The notes beneath the pieces were generated by a model. That model saw only the letters and a list, made by a program, of their open reading frames with translations, was not told the DNA's origin and searched no databases. Shown one piece after another: positions 17,284 through 27,084 of a stretch of 64,000 nt of DNA (positions within the stretch are counted from its first letter, which is position 1; each line of letters starts with the position of its first letter). The position numbers and the translations under genes were made by a program. The stretch comes from Bacteroidales bacterium. Its GTDB lineage: Bacteria > Bacteroidota > Bacteroidia > Bacteroidales > WCHB1-69. The stretch spans positions 8,604-72,603 of the forward strand of contig JBGURX010000021.1 in NCBI GenBank assembly GCA_045132235.1, read 5' to 3'.

Positions 17284-17323
17284 AAAGAAACAGCCCTGTA
17301 ACTTGTTACAGGGCTGTTTCTTT
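17284..17323. terminator. Bidirectional intrinsic terminator between convergent genes
   Basis: AAAGAAACAGCCCTGTAAC / GTTACAGGGCTGTTTCTTT is a near-perfect hairpin flanked by A and T runs. Confidence 0.75.
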
Positions 17324-17352
17324 TATGCCATTTTTAAATGAATAATTTCTGA

Positions 17353-17973
17353 TTAAAACCCCCACATGTCAATGGTGGCCATGTCGTCGCTGTAGAAGTC
17401 AAGGATGTCGAAATCCACCTCATCGAGATCGTTCTCATCAAGGTTTTCGGAGATGAACTGCTCGGTAGCGGCATCTGCCACGGGTTGGGTCTTGGCGGTG
17501 GGGCGGGCTTTTGTGGCCGGCTCGGCAGGCGTGTCGGTATAGGCCAGCGCTTTGTCAAGGTCGAGTGTGTTTTGCGGAGTTTGGGCAGGGGAGGGGGGCG
17601 TGTTTTTCACGTGGGCTACCTTGTCGCCTGTCAGTCCCTCCGGATCACGCAGCATATTAAAAACATAGATGCCCGTTCCCATCAGCAGGCCGGCGCAGGC
17701 GGCTACGGAGGCGATGCGGATCAGGCGGCGGCGCAGCACCAACGTGCGGCGGCTGCCTTCGGCGGCCATGCGCGCCGACACCTCAGCGGGAAGTTTTTCG
17801 AAATAACCCTCAGGAACAGCATAACCCTCGTTGTTGCGATGTGCCTCCAGCAGGGCGGACACTTGCGCATCCTCCGCTGCAATGCGGGCCATCACCTTGT
17901 CGGGCAGACTATCGAAATAGCCCTCCGGCGTAGGAGCCTGATGATTCTTGTATTGGTCTAATATCTCTTCCAT
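17353..17973 (-). CDS. Hypothetical single-pass membrane protein with duplicated N-terminal motif
   Basis: PEGYFDSLPDKVMARIAAE and PEGYFEKLPAEVSARMAAE form an internal repeat. One TM (IASVAACAGLLMGTGIYVF). Acidic C-terminus. Confidence 0.6.
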   Translation of the reverse strand: MEEILDQYKNHQAPTPEGYFDSLPDKVMARIAAEDAQVSALLEAHRNNEGYAVPEGYFEKLPAEVSARMAAEGSRRTLVLRRRLIRIASVAACAGLLMGTGIYVFNMLRDPEGLTGDKVAHVKNTPPSPAQTPQNTLDLDKALAYTDTPAEPATKARPTAKTQPVADAATEQFISENLDENDLDEVDFDILDFYSDDMATIDMWGF

Positions 17974-18050
17974 CGGATTTTGGGAAACGTTCTCTTGACG
18001 TGAGAGTTGCGGAAAAGTTTAAACGAATTTGAAAATTTTTCAAAGAAAAA

Positions 18051-19421
18051 TCACTCCAAATCCAAATGTTTGATAGAATCCTTATCGACTTTTACCTCGC
18101 CCCACACCTTTTTGGTGATTTTGAGGGCTTCGGCGGTAGTAAGTTTGTCAGTCTGTTCGAGGATGCGCTGCACGAAGAAGCACTGCCGGATGTCGGCCTT
18201 ATTGTTGACGACAGCCTCGGCGAGGGCCTTGCAGGTCTGGTAGCCGCAGATACGGCAGTCCACCTGGGGCAGGTCGTTGGTGATTTCAAACACCTTTTTC
18301 ATCTTGCGCATGGCGATGGAGATATTGTCATCAAGTTTGTCCATCGAGCGGGGCTGCACTTCGCCCACGGCCATGTTGTCTTTAAGGTAATCCTTGTAAT
18401 TGAGGATGTTATTCTCTTGTGGGGTGACAGCTTTGGGGCGTTGCTTGGCGCGTTTTCGTTGCCGTTCGGCGATGAGGAATCGGTTGCCGGCGCAGAGGAT
18501 TCCGCCCGCACAGCTTTCGTCGCAGGCACGCAGCTCTAGGAAGTCAATGTGGTCAAGGTCTTCATTTTCGAGCTTGTCGAGGAAAGCCGACACGTTGTGC
18601 ACTTCGTCGATGGCGAGGTTGCGGCCCACGGGAATGTCTTTGATCTCGCCGCCGGTGAGCGACCAGAGAATGCTGTTTTTGGAGAGGGGATGGAAGTCGA
18701 ACTCATCTTCCCTCAGGGTGTAAACGCCCTGTTTAATGACGCGGAACACCTTGTTGTACAGGTAGTTCATGTTGATTACACCGTCGATGTTGGATTTTTC
18801 CTCTCCGACAGGGCTCTTCACGGCGGCGATTTTGGCGGCGCAGGGAGCCACATAGAAAATGCCGATGTCTTCGGGCGCATTGCCGCGTTCCACGAGCACT
18901 TCGCGGATATAGAGGGCGGTGACATCCAACGGGGGCTTCGTAAGCAGCAGGTTATCTACCAGAGAGGGATATTTCACCTGGATGAGGCGCACAATGGCAG
19001 GGCAGAAGGTGGAGATGATGGGCTTTTCGGCTGAAGTGTCCTTCACCTTTTCATTGATAACCTCCTTTAGTACATCTACGCTCTTTTCCACCTCATACAC
19101 ATATTTGAAGCCGAGGTGGTAGATGGCGGAGAGGATGGCCCGCTGGCTCACCTTTTCTGGAAACTGCGCGCTGAAGATGGAGGGCACCAGCAGTACGGGG
19201 CATTTGAAGTTGTAGATGGTCTCGAAGTCATCCTGCTCGATATAGATGGCGTTCATGGGGCAGGTCTGGTAGCACATGCCGCAGTCGATGCACCGGTTGG
19301 GATCCAAGATCGGACGTCCGTCTTCCACATGAATGGAGCATGTGGGGCACACGCTGGTGCAGTGCGAGCATCCGATGCACAGGTCATACTTGAATTTGAG
19401 GGCGTGGTGGATGTGTTCCAT
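18051..19421 (-). CDS. [FeFe]-hydrogenase-like (H-domain) Fe-S protein with N-terminal 2x[4Fe-4S] ferredoxin and C-terminal RnfB-type Fe-S domain; putative sensor
   Basis: CIGCSHCTSVCP and CIDCGMCYQTCP are ferredoxin motifs. Degenerate H-cluster motifs are STFCPAIV, APCAAK and ACDESCAGG. C-terminal motif is CRICGYQTC-x16-C. Confidence 0.8.
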   Translation of the reverse strand: MEHIHHALKFKYDLCIGCSHCTSVCPTCSIHVEDGRPILDPNRCIDCGMCYQTCPMNAIYIEQDDFETIYNFKCPVLLVPSIFSAQFPEKVSQRAILSAIYHLGFKYVYEVEKSVDVLKEVINEKVKDTSAEKPIISTFCPAIVRLIQVKYPSLVDNLLLTKPPLDVTALYIREVLVERGNAPEDIGIFYVAPCAAKIAAVKSPVGEEKSNIDGVINMNYLYNKVFRVIKQGVYTLREDEFDFHPLSKNSILWSLTGGEIKDIPVGRNLAIDEVHNVSAFLDKLENEDLDHIDFLELRACDESCAGGILCAGNRFLIAERQRKRAKQRPKAVTPQENNILNYKDYLKDNMAVGEVQPRSMDKLDDNISIAMRKMKKVFEITNDLPQVDCRICGYQTCKALAEAVVNNKADIRQCFFVQRILEQTDKLTTAEALKITKKVWGEVKVDKDSIKHLDLE

Positions 19422-19427
19422 AGTGAG

Positions 19428-19838
19428 TTAGAAATAGTTGACAATTTCTACTGTAGTTCCTTTTCCGACGACCGAGTTGACGGTGAGCTTGTCGGAGTTG
19501 CTCTGCATGTTGGGCAGTCCCATACCGGCGCCGAATCCCATCTCGCGCACTTCGGGCGAGGCGGTGGAGTAGCCCTTCTGCATGGCCTGGTTGATGTCGG
19601 GGATGCCGGGGCCTTCGTCTTCGAGACGGATGGAGACACTGGTGTCTTCCAAATCCACATAGATGGTGCCCCGGTAAGCGTGGGCCACAATGTTGACCTC
19701 GGCCTCGTAGAGGGCCACCACGGTACGTTTCACAATCGCCGGGTCCACACCCAGCTGTTTCATCATCTTCTTCACTTTACTGGAGGTGGTGCCTGCATTG
19801 GTGAAATCACCACCTTCCACATTATATTCAAAATGCAT
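19428..19838 (-). CDS. Anti-sigma regulatory factor-type ATPase (HATPase_c Ser/Thr kinase-like)
   Basis: 136 aa with NIVAHAY, EDEGPGIPD and GFGAGMGLPN (N, G1 and G2 boxes). Confidence 0.8.
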   Translation of the reverse strand: MHFEYNVEGGDFTNAGTTSSKVKKMMKQLGVDPAIVKRTVVALYEAEVNIVAHAYRGTIYVDLEDTSVSIRLEDEGPGIPDINQAMQKGYSTASPEVREMGFGAGMGLPNMQSNSDKLTVNSVVGKGTTVEIVNYF

Positions 19839-19850
19839 AATCTCTGATTT

Positions 19851-20198
19851 TTAATAAACCCCCGAAAGCCCTGCATTGAAAAGGGTTCCCGAAGTGCGGT
19901 ACAAGGAAAGGTTTGTGGTGATGAGCAGCATGTCGTTGTCCTCGGCCAGCTCTTTCATCTCTTCAGTGACTTTTTTGCCACGGACAAACAACACCACTTT
20001 GATGTCAGACATTTCACACGTTCTGATGGTCTGCGTATTACAAAGTCCTGTGATGAGCATCACCGACTTGTCGGTGCGCAGTGTCAGCACGTCGCTCATC
20101 AGGTCCGAGGCGAAGGCGCAGTCGATGTCTCTGTCGCAGAACGCCTCGCCCTCCACGACAGTGCCTGAAATTAAGGATGTAATTTCTTGGATTTTCAT
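19851..20198 (-). CDS. DRTGG domain-containing protein
   Basis: I moved the start to the internal ATG (MKIQEITSL...) because the TATCTTTG -7 box at about 20229-20236 (minus strand) lies inside the longer ORF. The protein has the LRTDKSVMLITGL pattern. Confidence 0.75.
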   Translation of the reverse strand: MKIQEITSLISGTVVEGEAFCDRDIDCAFASDLMSDVLTLRTDKSVMLITGLCNTQTIRTCEMSDIKVVLFVRGKKVTEEMKELAEDNDMLLITTNLSLYRTSGTLFNAGLSGVY

Positions 20199-20288
20199 TG
20201 TAATAATAAAATTGTCATAAAATCGGGTGCAAAGATACGACAATTTGTTGAATGATGGGGTGAAAAATGAAGAGATGCCCGTGTCTTT

Positions 20289-21530
20289 TCAGCGGCTCAG
20301 GTAGAACAGGGTGTTGTCGCGCTGCGGGATGACGCTCTCGCGCATCAGTCGCAGAATCTGCTCCTCGCCGACGGCCTGGTATTTCTGCAGGTCGTTTTCA
20401 AAGTCTTCAGCTTTGCTGATGGACTCTTCCACCGCGAGGATGGAGGTGCGCCCGTCGAGTTTGATTTCGTTGCTGAGCAGTGCTGACTCGTTTTTGTTTT
20501 TTACCTTTTGAAGATTATGCGAGAAATGAGGACCGAACTGCAGGTCATTGTACAGAAACTGCTCAAGCTGGGCGTTGGCTTCGTGGATGTCCACGCCGTC
20601 GGCGGGGCGCGCCACCAAGGCGAGGATGCCGGGGCCTGCCGTGCCGGTGACAGTCACGGAGATGTCGGTGAAGAGCTGCCGCTTGGCGATGAACTCGCGG
20701 TAAAGGCACGACGACTTGGAGTTGCCGAGCAGGTCGGAGAGCAGGTCGAAGGCGCAGAAGTCGGGATGCAGGCGGTGGGGCATCTTCCAACCTTTGAGGA
20801 GCATGGGATACGGCACGTTGCGGGTGACCGTCTTCACACGGCCTGCCCGCTGCTGCGGCTCGCGGAGGTACTCGTGCGGCACGGGGTCTCCTGACGGGAT
20901 ATCGCCGAACCATTTCTCCACCATCGGCACCACCTCCTCAAAGCGCACCGGGCCGCCCACCACCAGCACCGCGTTGTTGGGTGTGTAGTAGCGGCGGTAG
21001 AAGTCGCGCACAATGTCCATGGTAACCGATTCAATATGAGATATTTTCTTCCCGATGGGCATCCATTTATAAGGATATTTCCTATAGACAAAATCGTTGA
21101 AAAGTCCCCACAGGTCGCCGAAGGGACGGTTGAGCGACACCTCCTTGAACTCTTCAATCACCACGTGCTTCTGTGTGTCGAGGCCTACGGGGTCGAAGGC
21201 CAGCTCCATCATGCGGTCGGCCTCCAACCAGAGGGCTGTTTCAAGGTTGTCGGCGGGCAGAATCACATAGTACTGGGTATGGTCCTGCGAGGTATAGGCG
21301 TTGTTGATGCCGCCCACCCGCTGCAGCGGCGCATCGTAGTTGGGAATGTTTTTCGAGCCGCAGAACATGAAGTGCTCCATCAGGTGCGCGAGGCCGGTCT
21401 GGTGCGGATCCTCATCGCGCGAGCCTACACAATATATTATATTACACGCCACCAGCTGTGTGGTGAAATCTTCGTGCACAAGAAGTCTCAGTCCGTTGGA
21501 AAGCGTATGTCTGCGGAAAGGGATAGGCAT
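20289..21530 (-). CDS. M16 (pitrilysin/insulinase) family zinc peptidase
   Basis: Inverted zinc motif HLMEHFMF (HxxEH). 413 aa. Confidence 0.85.
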   Translation of the reverse strand: MPIPFRRHTLSNGLRLLVHEDFTTQLVACNIIYCVGSRDEDPHQTGLAHLMEHFMFCGSKNIPNYDAPLQRVGGINNAYTSQDHTQYYVILPADNLETALWLEADRMMELAFDPVGLDTQKHVVIEEFKEVSLNRPFGDLWGLFNDFVYRKYPYKWMPIGKKISHIESVTMDIVRDFYRRYYTPNNAVLVVGGPVRFEEVVPMVEKWFGDIPSGDPVPHEYLREPQQRAGRVKTVTRNVPYPMLLKGWKMPHRLHPDFCAFDLLSDLLGNSKSSCLYREFIAKRQLFTDISVTVTGTAGPGILALVARPADGVDIHEANAQLEQFLYNDLQFGPHFSHNLQKVKNKNESALLSNEIKLDGRTSILAVEESISKAEDFENDLQKYQAVGEEQILRLMRESVIPQRDNTLFYLSR

Positions 21531-21534
21531 AGAG

Positions 21535-21960
21535 CTAGTTTTGGAAGGGTTTTGTCACCACGAAGGTGACGTTCTTTTCGATGCGTTGGCGGAAAACCCA
21601 CAGCAGGACGAAGTACAAGGCAGTGAGACCGAGCGACACGGCCACGTTGACCCACTCGACCGAGCAGACGAGGTACATGAGGCAGAAGGAGGCGAACAGC
21701 ACGATGAACGGCACCAAGTAGCAGATCAGCACTGCTTTCATGGCGAGCGTCTGCCGCATCTCCACGGCCACGGTGTCGCCCACGGAGAGAGCGAGGTGGT
21801 TGACATTGACGGCCGTCACCACCTTGTCGCGGCTGTCGGCGGCGCCACAGATGCCTTTTGCATGGCAGCCGGAACAAGCCGACCCTACCGTCATCTTTAC
21901 CGTAACCTTCAATCCATCAACAGATTGAACAACTCCTTCGTGTTTGATATTATGCTCCAT
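21535..21960 (-). CDS. RseC/MucC (SoxR-reducing system) family protein
   Basis: HEGVVQSVDGLKVTVKM..SACSGCHAKGICG is followed by two TM helices. The start is uncertain (21960 or 21993). Confidence 0.7.
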   Translation of the reverse strand: MEHNIKHEGVVQSVDGLKVTVKMTVGSACSGCHAKGICGAADSRDKVVTAVNVNHLALSVGDTVAVEMRQTLAMKAVLICYLVPFIVLFASFCLMYLVCSVEWVNVAVSLGLTALYFVLLWVFRQRIEKNVTFVVTKPFQN

Positions 21961-22585
21961 CTTCCTCTTTTCTCCGTTTAAGTTCGTCATCAATTTCCGC
22001 GGCCAGTTCGAAATTCTCCGTCTCCTCTGCCGTTTTCAGCAGTTGCCGCAGCTGCCGTTCGGAGGCCATGGTAAGGTCGAGCGGGATGGATTCACCGTTG
22101 CCCAATTCGAAATGGTCGGGTTCGCCGTCTTCAGTCAGCCTGTCCGGCTGGGCGGCCTCCTGCGATTGCAGAAACTTATCCTTCTGGCTGTAGGAGGTGG
22201 CGTTGAACACCGACTCTTCGAAACAGATGGGGGCATTGGCCTTGAGGGCCAGCACCACCGCATCCGACAGCCGCGCATCAATTTGAAAATCCCCTTGCGG
22301 CCCTTGCAGTTCGAGATGGGCGAGGTAGATGCCCTCGCGGAAGCCGTCCACCAGCAACTTCACCACTTTTGAGTCAGCGTGTTGGAGCAGAGTCATGAAG
22401 AGGTCGTACGACATCGGGCGGGGAAGCTGGATGTGGTTCAGCTCCAGCACCACACTTCGGGCTTCGTTGAGACCGATGAGCACCGGCACAAAGCGGTCGC
22501 CGCCCTTCTCGTGCAGCACCAAGGTGAAGGCATCGCCGGAGACAGGCATTCGCTGAGGGTAAACCACTTCGACTTCAATTTCCAT
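21950..22585 (-). CDS. Bifunctional nuclease (DUF151) family protein with C-terminal UVR motif
   Basis: LVLHEKGGDRFVPVLIG..EARSV and a C-terminal ELAAEIDDELKRR UVR-like helix. A TACTTTTG box (minus strand) lies at about 22600. Confidence 0.8.
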   Translation of the reverse strand: MEIEVEVVYPQRMPVSGDAFTLVLHEKGGDRFVPVLIGLNEARSVVLELNHIQLPRPMSYDLFMTLLQHADSKVVKLLVDGFREGIYLAHLELQGPQGDFQIDARLSDAVVLALKANAPICFEESVFNATSYSQKDKFLQSQEAAQPDRLTEDGEPDHFELGNGESIPLDLTMASERQLRQLLKTAEETENFELAAEIDDELKRRKEEDGA

Positions 22586-22748
22586 TTTTGCGGATTTTGT
22601 GGGTGCAAAAGTACGATTTTTAATTCTAATTTGAAAAACATTCTTTCATCAACCCGCTGTTATACGGCACTATTTTACACTTAAATTATTGATTAATAAT
22701 TAATTAAAATAATTTTTCAAAAATAATGGATAACATTTAAAAAAAATG

Positions 22749-22756
22749 TATTTTTG
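22749..22756 (+). promoter_or_regulatory. Bacteroidota -7 promoter box (TATTTTTG) for tRNA-Gln
   Basis: Exact TAnnTTTG match, ending 25 nt upstream of the tRNA 5' end. Confidence 0.5.
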
Positions 22757-22780
22757 CGGTCTGTTGATTTGACCAATTAT

Positions 22781-22851
22781 TGGGCGTTGGTGTAATGGCA
22801 ACACTACAGATTCTGGTCCTGTCATTGAAGGTTCGAGTCCTTCACGCCCAA
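22781..22851 (+). tRNA. tRNA-Gln (anticodon CTG)
   Basis: Hand-folded cloverleaf. The 7-bp acceptor TGGGCGT/ACGCCCA is perfect and the D stem is GTGT/ACAC. The anticodon loop is TTCTGGT and the T arm is GAAGG-TTCGAGT-CCTTC. No encoded CCA. Confidence 0.85.
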
Positions 22852-22856
22852 CGAGA

Positions 22857-22883
22857 AGACCTGCATTAAGCAGGTCTTTTTTT
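22857..22883 (+). terminator. Intrinsic terminator after tRNA-Gln
   Basis: AGACCTGC-attaa-GCAGGTCT followed by a T7 run. Confidence 0.8.
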
Positions 22884-23014
22884 CTGCCCTCTAACGACAG
22901 AAAATGACGTTCTTTTCTCAAAATTCTCACATTTTATAATAATTTTGAGCGAAGTGTTATACAATGAAAAAAAACTTGTAAATTTGCAGCCTTAAAATTA
23001 TAAATATAGTAAAA

Positions 23015-23797
23015 ATGGCAAATACCGAAAAATTAGGCGATTTGAACGATAACGTGGTCAACGAAAAGGCAAAAAATCAGACCAATACTGACAAATTAGG
23101 CTCCGTGCAGGGTGAAAAAGGCAAGTTGGCCGCATGGTATGCCAAGTACAAGAAAATCATTGACATCGTTTTCTTTGCGGTGATCATCGTGATTTTGCTG
23201 GCGATTGTCTATTACCAGTGGCTGGCTCCGAGATGGAACAACGCCGCTTCCGAAAATGTGCAGCCCACCATTGCCCAAGCCGTGCAGAACTCCACATTGA
23301 GCACTGATACTGCCGTGCTGAAAGCCGCTCTGGAAGGCGACGAGGCCGGCGAGACCGAAGGTTTCCTCTCTGTGATTGAGAGCTACGACCACCCCGGCTT
23401 CAAGACCGCCCGCGCTGCCAAGTTCAGCTTGAAATACTATGCAGCCCTCTGCTACCTCAACCTCGGTCAGGAAGATGAGGCGCTGGAGACCCTGCTGAAG
23501 ATGAAAAAACGCGACAACTACCTCTGGTACGAAGCCCAGATGCTGATCGGCGACCTCTACGACGATCAGGATGACATGGACAATGCCAGAAAATATTTCC
23601 AGAAAGCCGCCAAGGGCGAGACTGACTTTGTGGCTCCTATCGCACTCTGGAAACTCGGTATGCTTTGCGAGCGTGAAGGCGACTGGGACGGTGCTTTCGA
23701 GAATTACGAAGAGATTCAGAAAGAGTATCCCGAAAGATACAACCAGATGGGTGTCGCCAAGTATTACGAACGTGCTAAAATCAAAGCCGGAAAATAA
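23015..23797 (+). CDS. Membrane-anchored TPR-like protein
   Basis: One TM (IVFFAVIIVILLAIVYY) and TPR-like helices (ARKYFQKAAKG, EGDWDGAFENYEEIQKEYP). A TAAATTTG box lies upstream. Confidence 0.7.
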   Translation: MANTEKLGDLNDNVVNEKAKNQTNTDKLGSVQGEKGKLAAWYAKYKKIIDIVFFAVIIVILLAIVYYQWLAPRWNNAASENVQPTIAQAVQNSTLSTDTAVLKAALEGDEAGETEGFLSVIESYDHPGFKTARAAKFSLKYYAALCYLNLGQEDEALETLLKMKKRDNYLWYEAQMLIGDLYDDQDDMDNARKYFQKAAKGETDFVAPIALWKLGMLCEREGDWDGAFENYEEIQKEYPERYNQMGVAKYYERAKIKAGK

Positions 23798-24294
23798 TGG
23801 AGAAAAAGAAAAACCTTTCCGATATTTTCGTTCCCAACACCAATAATGCCAATTTCAAAATTGGCATTATTGTTAGTAAGTGGAATGAAACCGTCACCGG
23901 AGCGCTGAAAGAGGGCGCCATGCAGACCCTTTTGGAGTCGGGTGTGCCGCGGAAAAACATCCTTGACTTCGAGGTGCCGGGCAGCTTCGAGCTTCCCAGC
24001 GCGGCCGCCATGCTGCTGGATGCCAACGAGGACGTTGATGCGGTCATCTGCCTTGGCTGCATCATACAGGGCGAAACGCGCCACTTCGAGTTCATCGCGC
24101 AGGCGGTGGCCAACGGCATCGCCAAGGTGGGCATTGAATACACCGTGCCGGTCATCTTCGGCGTGCTGACCTGCGACACCGCCGAGCAGGCCGCCGACCG
24201 TTCGGGCGGCAAGCACGGCAACAAGGGCGTGGAAGCAGCGGCCTCATGCCTGCAGATGCTCCATACCCACCAGCAGATGTACAACAAGAAATAA
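23797..24294 (+). CDS. ribH: 6,7-dimethyl-8-ribityllumazine synthase
   Basis: FKIGIIVSKWNETVT, VPGSFELP and GETRHFEF motifs. TAATG 1-nt overlap with the upstream gene. Confidence 0.9.
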   Translation: MEKKKNLSDIFVPNTNNANFKIGIIVSKWNETVTGALKEGAMQTLLESGVPRKNILDFEVPGSFELPSAAAMLLDANEDVDAVICLGCIIQGETRHFEFIAQAVANGIAKVGIEYTVPVIFGVLTCDTAEQAADRSGGKHGNKGVEAAASCLQMLHTHQQMYNKK

Positions 24295-24305
24295 ATAATA
24301 GTACA

Positions 24306-25253
24306 ATGAAGGTAGTTTTCATGGGAACCCCCGAGTTTGCCGTGGGTGCCTTGGAGGCCATCCACCAGTCGAAGCACGAGGTTTTGGCCGTGGTGACGGC
24401 TCCCGACAAGCCCGCCGGCCGCGGCCTCAAGCTGAAGGCCTCCGAGGTGAAGGAGTACGCCCTCGCGCACCAGCTGCCGGTGCTGCAGCCCGAGAAACTG
24501 CGCGATGAGAATTTCCTCGCCCAGCTGCGCGCACTGAATGCCGACATCTTTGTGGTGGTGGCCTTCCGCATGCTGCCCGAGGTGGTGTACGCCATGCCGC
24601 CCCATGGCACCTTCAACATCCACGCCTCGCTGCTGCCCAACTACCGCGGCGCCGCCCCCATCCACTGGGCGGTCATGAACGGCGAGTCCCGCACCGGTGT
24701 CACCTCCTTTTTCCTGAACAGGCAGATTGACACGGGCGACATCATCGGCACCACCGAGGTGGAGATCGGTCCGGCGGAGACCACCGGCGAACTCTACGAG
24801 CGGCTGATGCACTGCGGCGCCGAACTGGCGGTGCACACCCTCGACCTTGTGGAGAGCGGGCAGGCTCAACCGCGCCGGCAGGAGGAGAGCGCCGACCTCA
24901 AGCCCGCCCCGAAGATTTTCAAGGAGGACACCTTCATCGACTGGAGCCTGCCCGCCCGCGACATCTTCAACAAAATCCGCGGCCTTTCGCCCTTCCCGGG
25001 CGCCTGCACCCACATCACCAACAGGAAGGGAGAGACCGAGCTGGTGAAGATTCTGGAGGCTGAAATCACCCCTTTAAACGCTGTAAAACAAACGGGTACA
25101 ATTGAGATAGAAGCAACCAATTCTTTCCAAATTTACGCCAAAGACGGCAAAATTTCAGTGAAAACCATCCAATTTCAGGGCAAATCAAGGCAAAAAATCA
25201 CTGATTTTCTAAACGGATTCCATCCCGAGAACTACGAATTGGTTTTTGTATAA
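24306..25253 (+). CDS. fmt: Methionyl-tRNA formyltransferase
   Basis: Start moved to MKVVFMGTPEFAV. HASLLPNYRGAAPI motif present. Confidence 0.9.
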   Translation: MKVVFMGTPEFAVGALEAIHQSKHEVLAVVTAPDKPAGRGLKLKASEVKEYALAHQLPVLQPEKLRDENFLAQLRALNADIFVVVAFRMLPEVVYAMPPHGTFNIHASLLPNYRGAAPIHWAVMNGESRTGVTSFFLNRQIDTGDIIGTTEVEIGPAETTGELYERLMHCGAELAVHTLDLVESGQAQPRRQEESADLKPAPKIFKEDTFIDWSLPARDIFNKIRGLSPFPGACTHITNRKGETELVKILEAEITPLNAVKQTGTIEIEATNSFQIYAKDGKISVKTIQFQGKSRQKITDFLNGFHPENYELVFV

Positions 25254-25398
25254 ATCTGATTATAAAGCATTTATAAATCCCCATTATATTTTTTTTATCT
25301 TTTTTTATAAAAATTGGGGAAATTATGCCAAAGTATCAAAAATACTCTTATATTTGCGCTGCTAAAAGTTAATATATTAACCAATTAAATTTATTCAA

Positions 25399-25662
25399 AT
25401 GAACAAGAGCGAATTGATTGATGCCATTGCTGCAAAAGCTGGCCTGAAAAAAGCTGATGCCAAGAACGCCCTCGAGGCTTTCATGGCTGCCACTTCTGAC
25501 ACTCTGAAAGAAGGTGGTAAAGTTTCTCTCGTTGGTTTCGGTACCTTCTCCGTCACCGAGCGCGGTGCAAGACAGGGTCGCAACCCGAAAACCGGTGCTA
25601 CCATGACCATTCCCGCAAAGAAGGTTGTGAAATTCAAAGCCGGTGCTGAAATGGGCCGCTAA
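25399..25662 (+). CDS. hup: HU family DNA-binding protein
   Basis: [11 protein letters not shown]...[21 protein letters not shown] is a canonical HU sequence. A TATATTTG box lies upstream. Confidence 0.9.
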   Translation: MNKSELIDAIAAKAGLKKADAKNALEAFMAATSDTLKEGGKVSLVGFGTFSVTERGARQGRNPKTGATMTIPAKKVVKFKAGAEMGR

Positions 25663-25685
25663 GCGGATAGCATTCAAGCAGATTA

Positions 25686-25714
25686 AGCCCCATGAAAATG
25701 GGGCTTTCTTTTTC
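25686..25714 (+). terminator. Intrinsic terminator after hup
   Basis: AGCCCCA-tgaaaa-TGGGGCT followed by a T-rich run. Confidence 0.75.
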
Positions 25715-25732
25715 ATTAAAACTAAGATTACT

Positions 25733-27019
25733 ATGAATTTCATTGAAGAATTGAAATGGCGTGGCATGATCCACGATATGATGCCCGGCACGGAGGAACA
25801 GCTCAGCAAGGAGATGACCACCGCGTATGTGGGCATTGACCCGACGGCCGACTCGTTGCACATCGGCCACCTCGTAGGTGTGATGATGCTGAAGCACCTG
25901 CAGGAATGCGGCCACAGGCCCATCGTGCTGCTCGGCGGTGCCACCGGCATGATCGGCGACCCCTCCGGCAAGTCGCAGGAACGCAACCTGCTTGACGAGG
26001 CCACCCTCCGCCACAACCAAGAGTGCATCAAACAGCAATTGGCAAAATTCCTCGACTTCGACAGCAAGGAGCCCAACGCCGCCATCCTCGTCAACAACTA
26101 CGACTGGATGAGCAAGTTCTCGTTTCTCGAATTCATCCGCGACATCGGCAAGCACATCACCGTGAACTACATGATGGCCAAGGATTCGGTGAAGAAACGT
26201 TTCAACGGCGAGGGCGACGGCATGTCGTTCACCGAGTTCTCATACCAGCTGGTGCAGGGCTACGACTTCATGTACCTGAACCAGAACTATAACTGCAAGC
26301 TGCAGATGGGCGGCTCCGACCAGTGGGGCAACATCACCACCGGCACCGAGCTGATACGCCGCAAGACCAACGGCGAGGCCTTCGCCCTTACCTGCCCGCT
26401 CATCACCAAGGCCGACGGCGGCAAGTTCGGCAAGACCGAAAAAGGCAACATCTGGCTCGACCCCGCCAAGACCTCCCCGTACGACTTCTACCAGTTCTGG
26501 CTCAACTGCAGCGACGAGGACAGCAAGAAGTACATCCGCATCTTCACCCTCTTCAGCAAGGAGGAGATTGCGGCGATGGAGAAAGAGCACGAGGCTGCCC
26601 CGCACCTTCGTGTGCTGCAGAAGGCACTGGCCAAAGACCTCACCATCCGCGTACACTCCGAAGCCGACTACAACGCCTCGGTGAGCGCATCGGAAATCCT
26701 GTTCGGCAAAGGCACCGCCGAGAGCTTGGCCGCCCTGCCGGAAGAGATGTTCCTTTCGATCTTCGACGGCGTGCCGCAGACCACGATTGCACGCGACACC
26801 CTCAATGCCGGCATCAGCATCGTGGACCTGCTCAGCGACCACACGCAGATGCTCGCCAGCAAGGGTGAAGCCCGCCGCGAGCTGAAAGGCAACGGCATCT
26901 CGGTCAACAAGAACAAGGTCAACGACCAGTTCGTCGCCAACGGCGACTGCCTCATCAACGGGAAGTACATTCTGTTGCAGAAGGGCAAGAAGAACTACCA
27001 CATCGTAAAGGTGGAATAA
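25733..27019 (+). CDS. tyrS: Tyrosine--tRNA ligase
   Basis: Start moved to [11 protein letters not shown], after the hup terminator. HIGH (HIGHL) and KMSKS-like (KFGKT) motifs and a C-terminal S4-like domain are present. Confidence 0.9.
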   Translation: MNFIEELKWRGMIHDMMPGTEEQLSKEMTTAYVGIDPTADSLHIGHLVGVMMLKHLQECGHRPIVLLGGATGMIGDPSGKSQERNLLDEATLRHNQECIKQQLAKFLDFDSKEPNAAILVNNYDWMSKFSFLEFIRDIGKHITVNYMMAKDSVKKRFNGEGDGMSFTEFSYQLVQGYDFMYLNQNYNCKLQMGGSDQWGNITTGTELIRRKTNGEAFALTCPLITKADGGKFGKTEKGNIWLDPAKTSPYDFYQFWLNCSDEDSKKYIRIFTLFSKEEIAAMEKEHEAAPHLRVLQKALAKDLTIRVHSEADYNASVSASEILFGKGTAESLAALPEEMFLSIFDGVPQTTIARDTLNAGISIVDLLSDHTQMLASKGEARRELKGNGISVNKNKVNDQFVANGDCLINGKYILLQKGKKNYHIVKVE

Positions 27020-27026
27020 AAACAGA

Positions 27027-27053
27027 AGGACGGTCAAAATGGCCGTCCTTTTT
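27027..27053 (+). terminator. Intrinsic terminator after tyrS
   Basis: 9-bp stem AGGACGGTC / GGCCGTCCT (one G-U pair) followed by a T run. Confidence 0.7.
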
Positions 27054-27084
27054 AATAAAATAATAAAGGTATATCCAAGCGGAT

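Noticed and set aside
22781-22851. tRNA-Gln as an integration hotspot for a genomic island.
   Set aside because: Both flanks are ordinary core genes (bifunctional nuclease, TPR/ribH). There is no integrase and no direct repeat of the tRNA 3' end nearby. The accessory block is 23 kb away.
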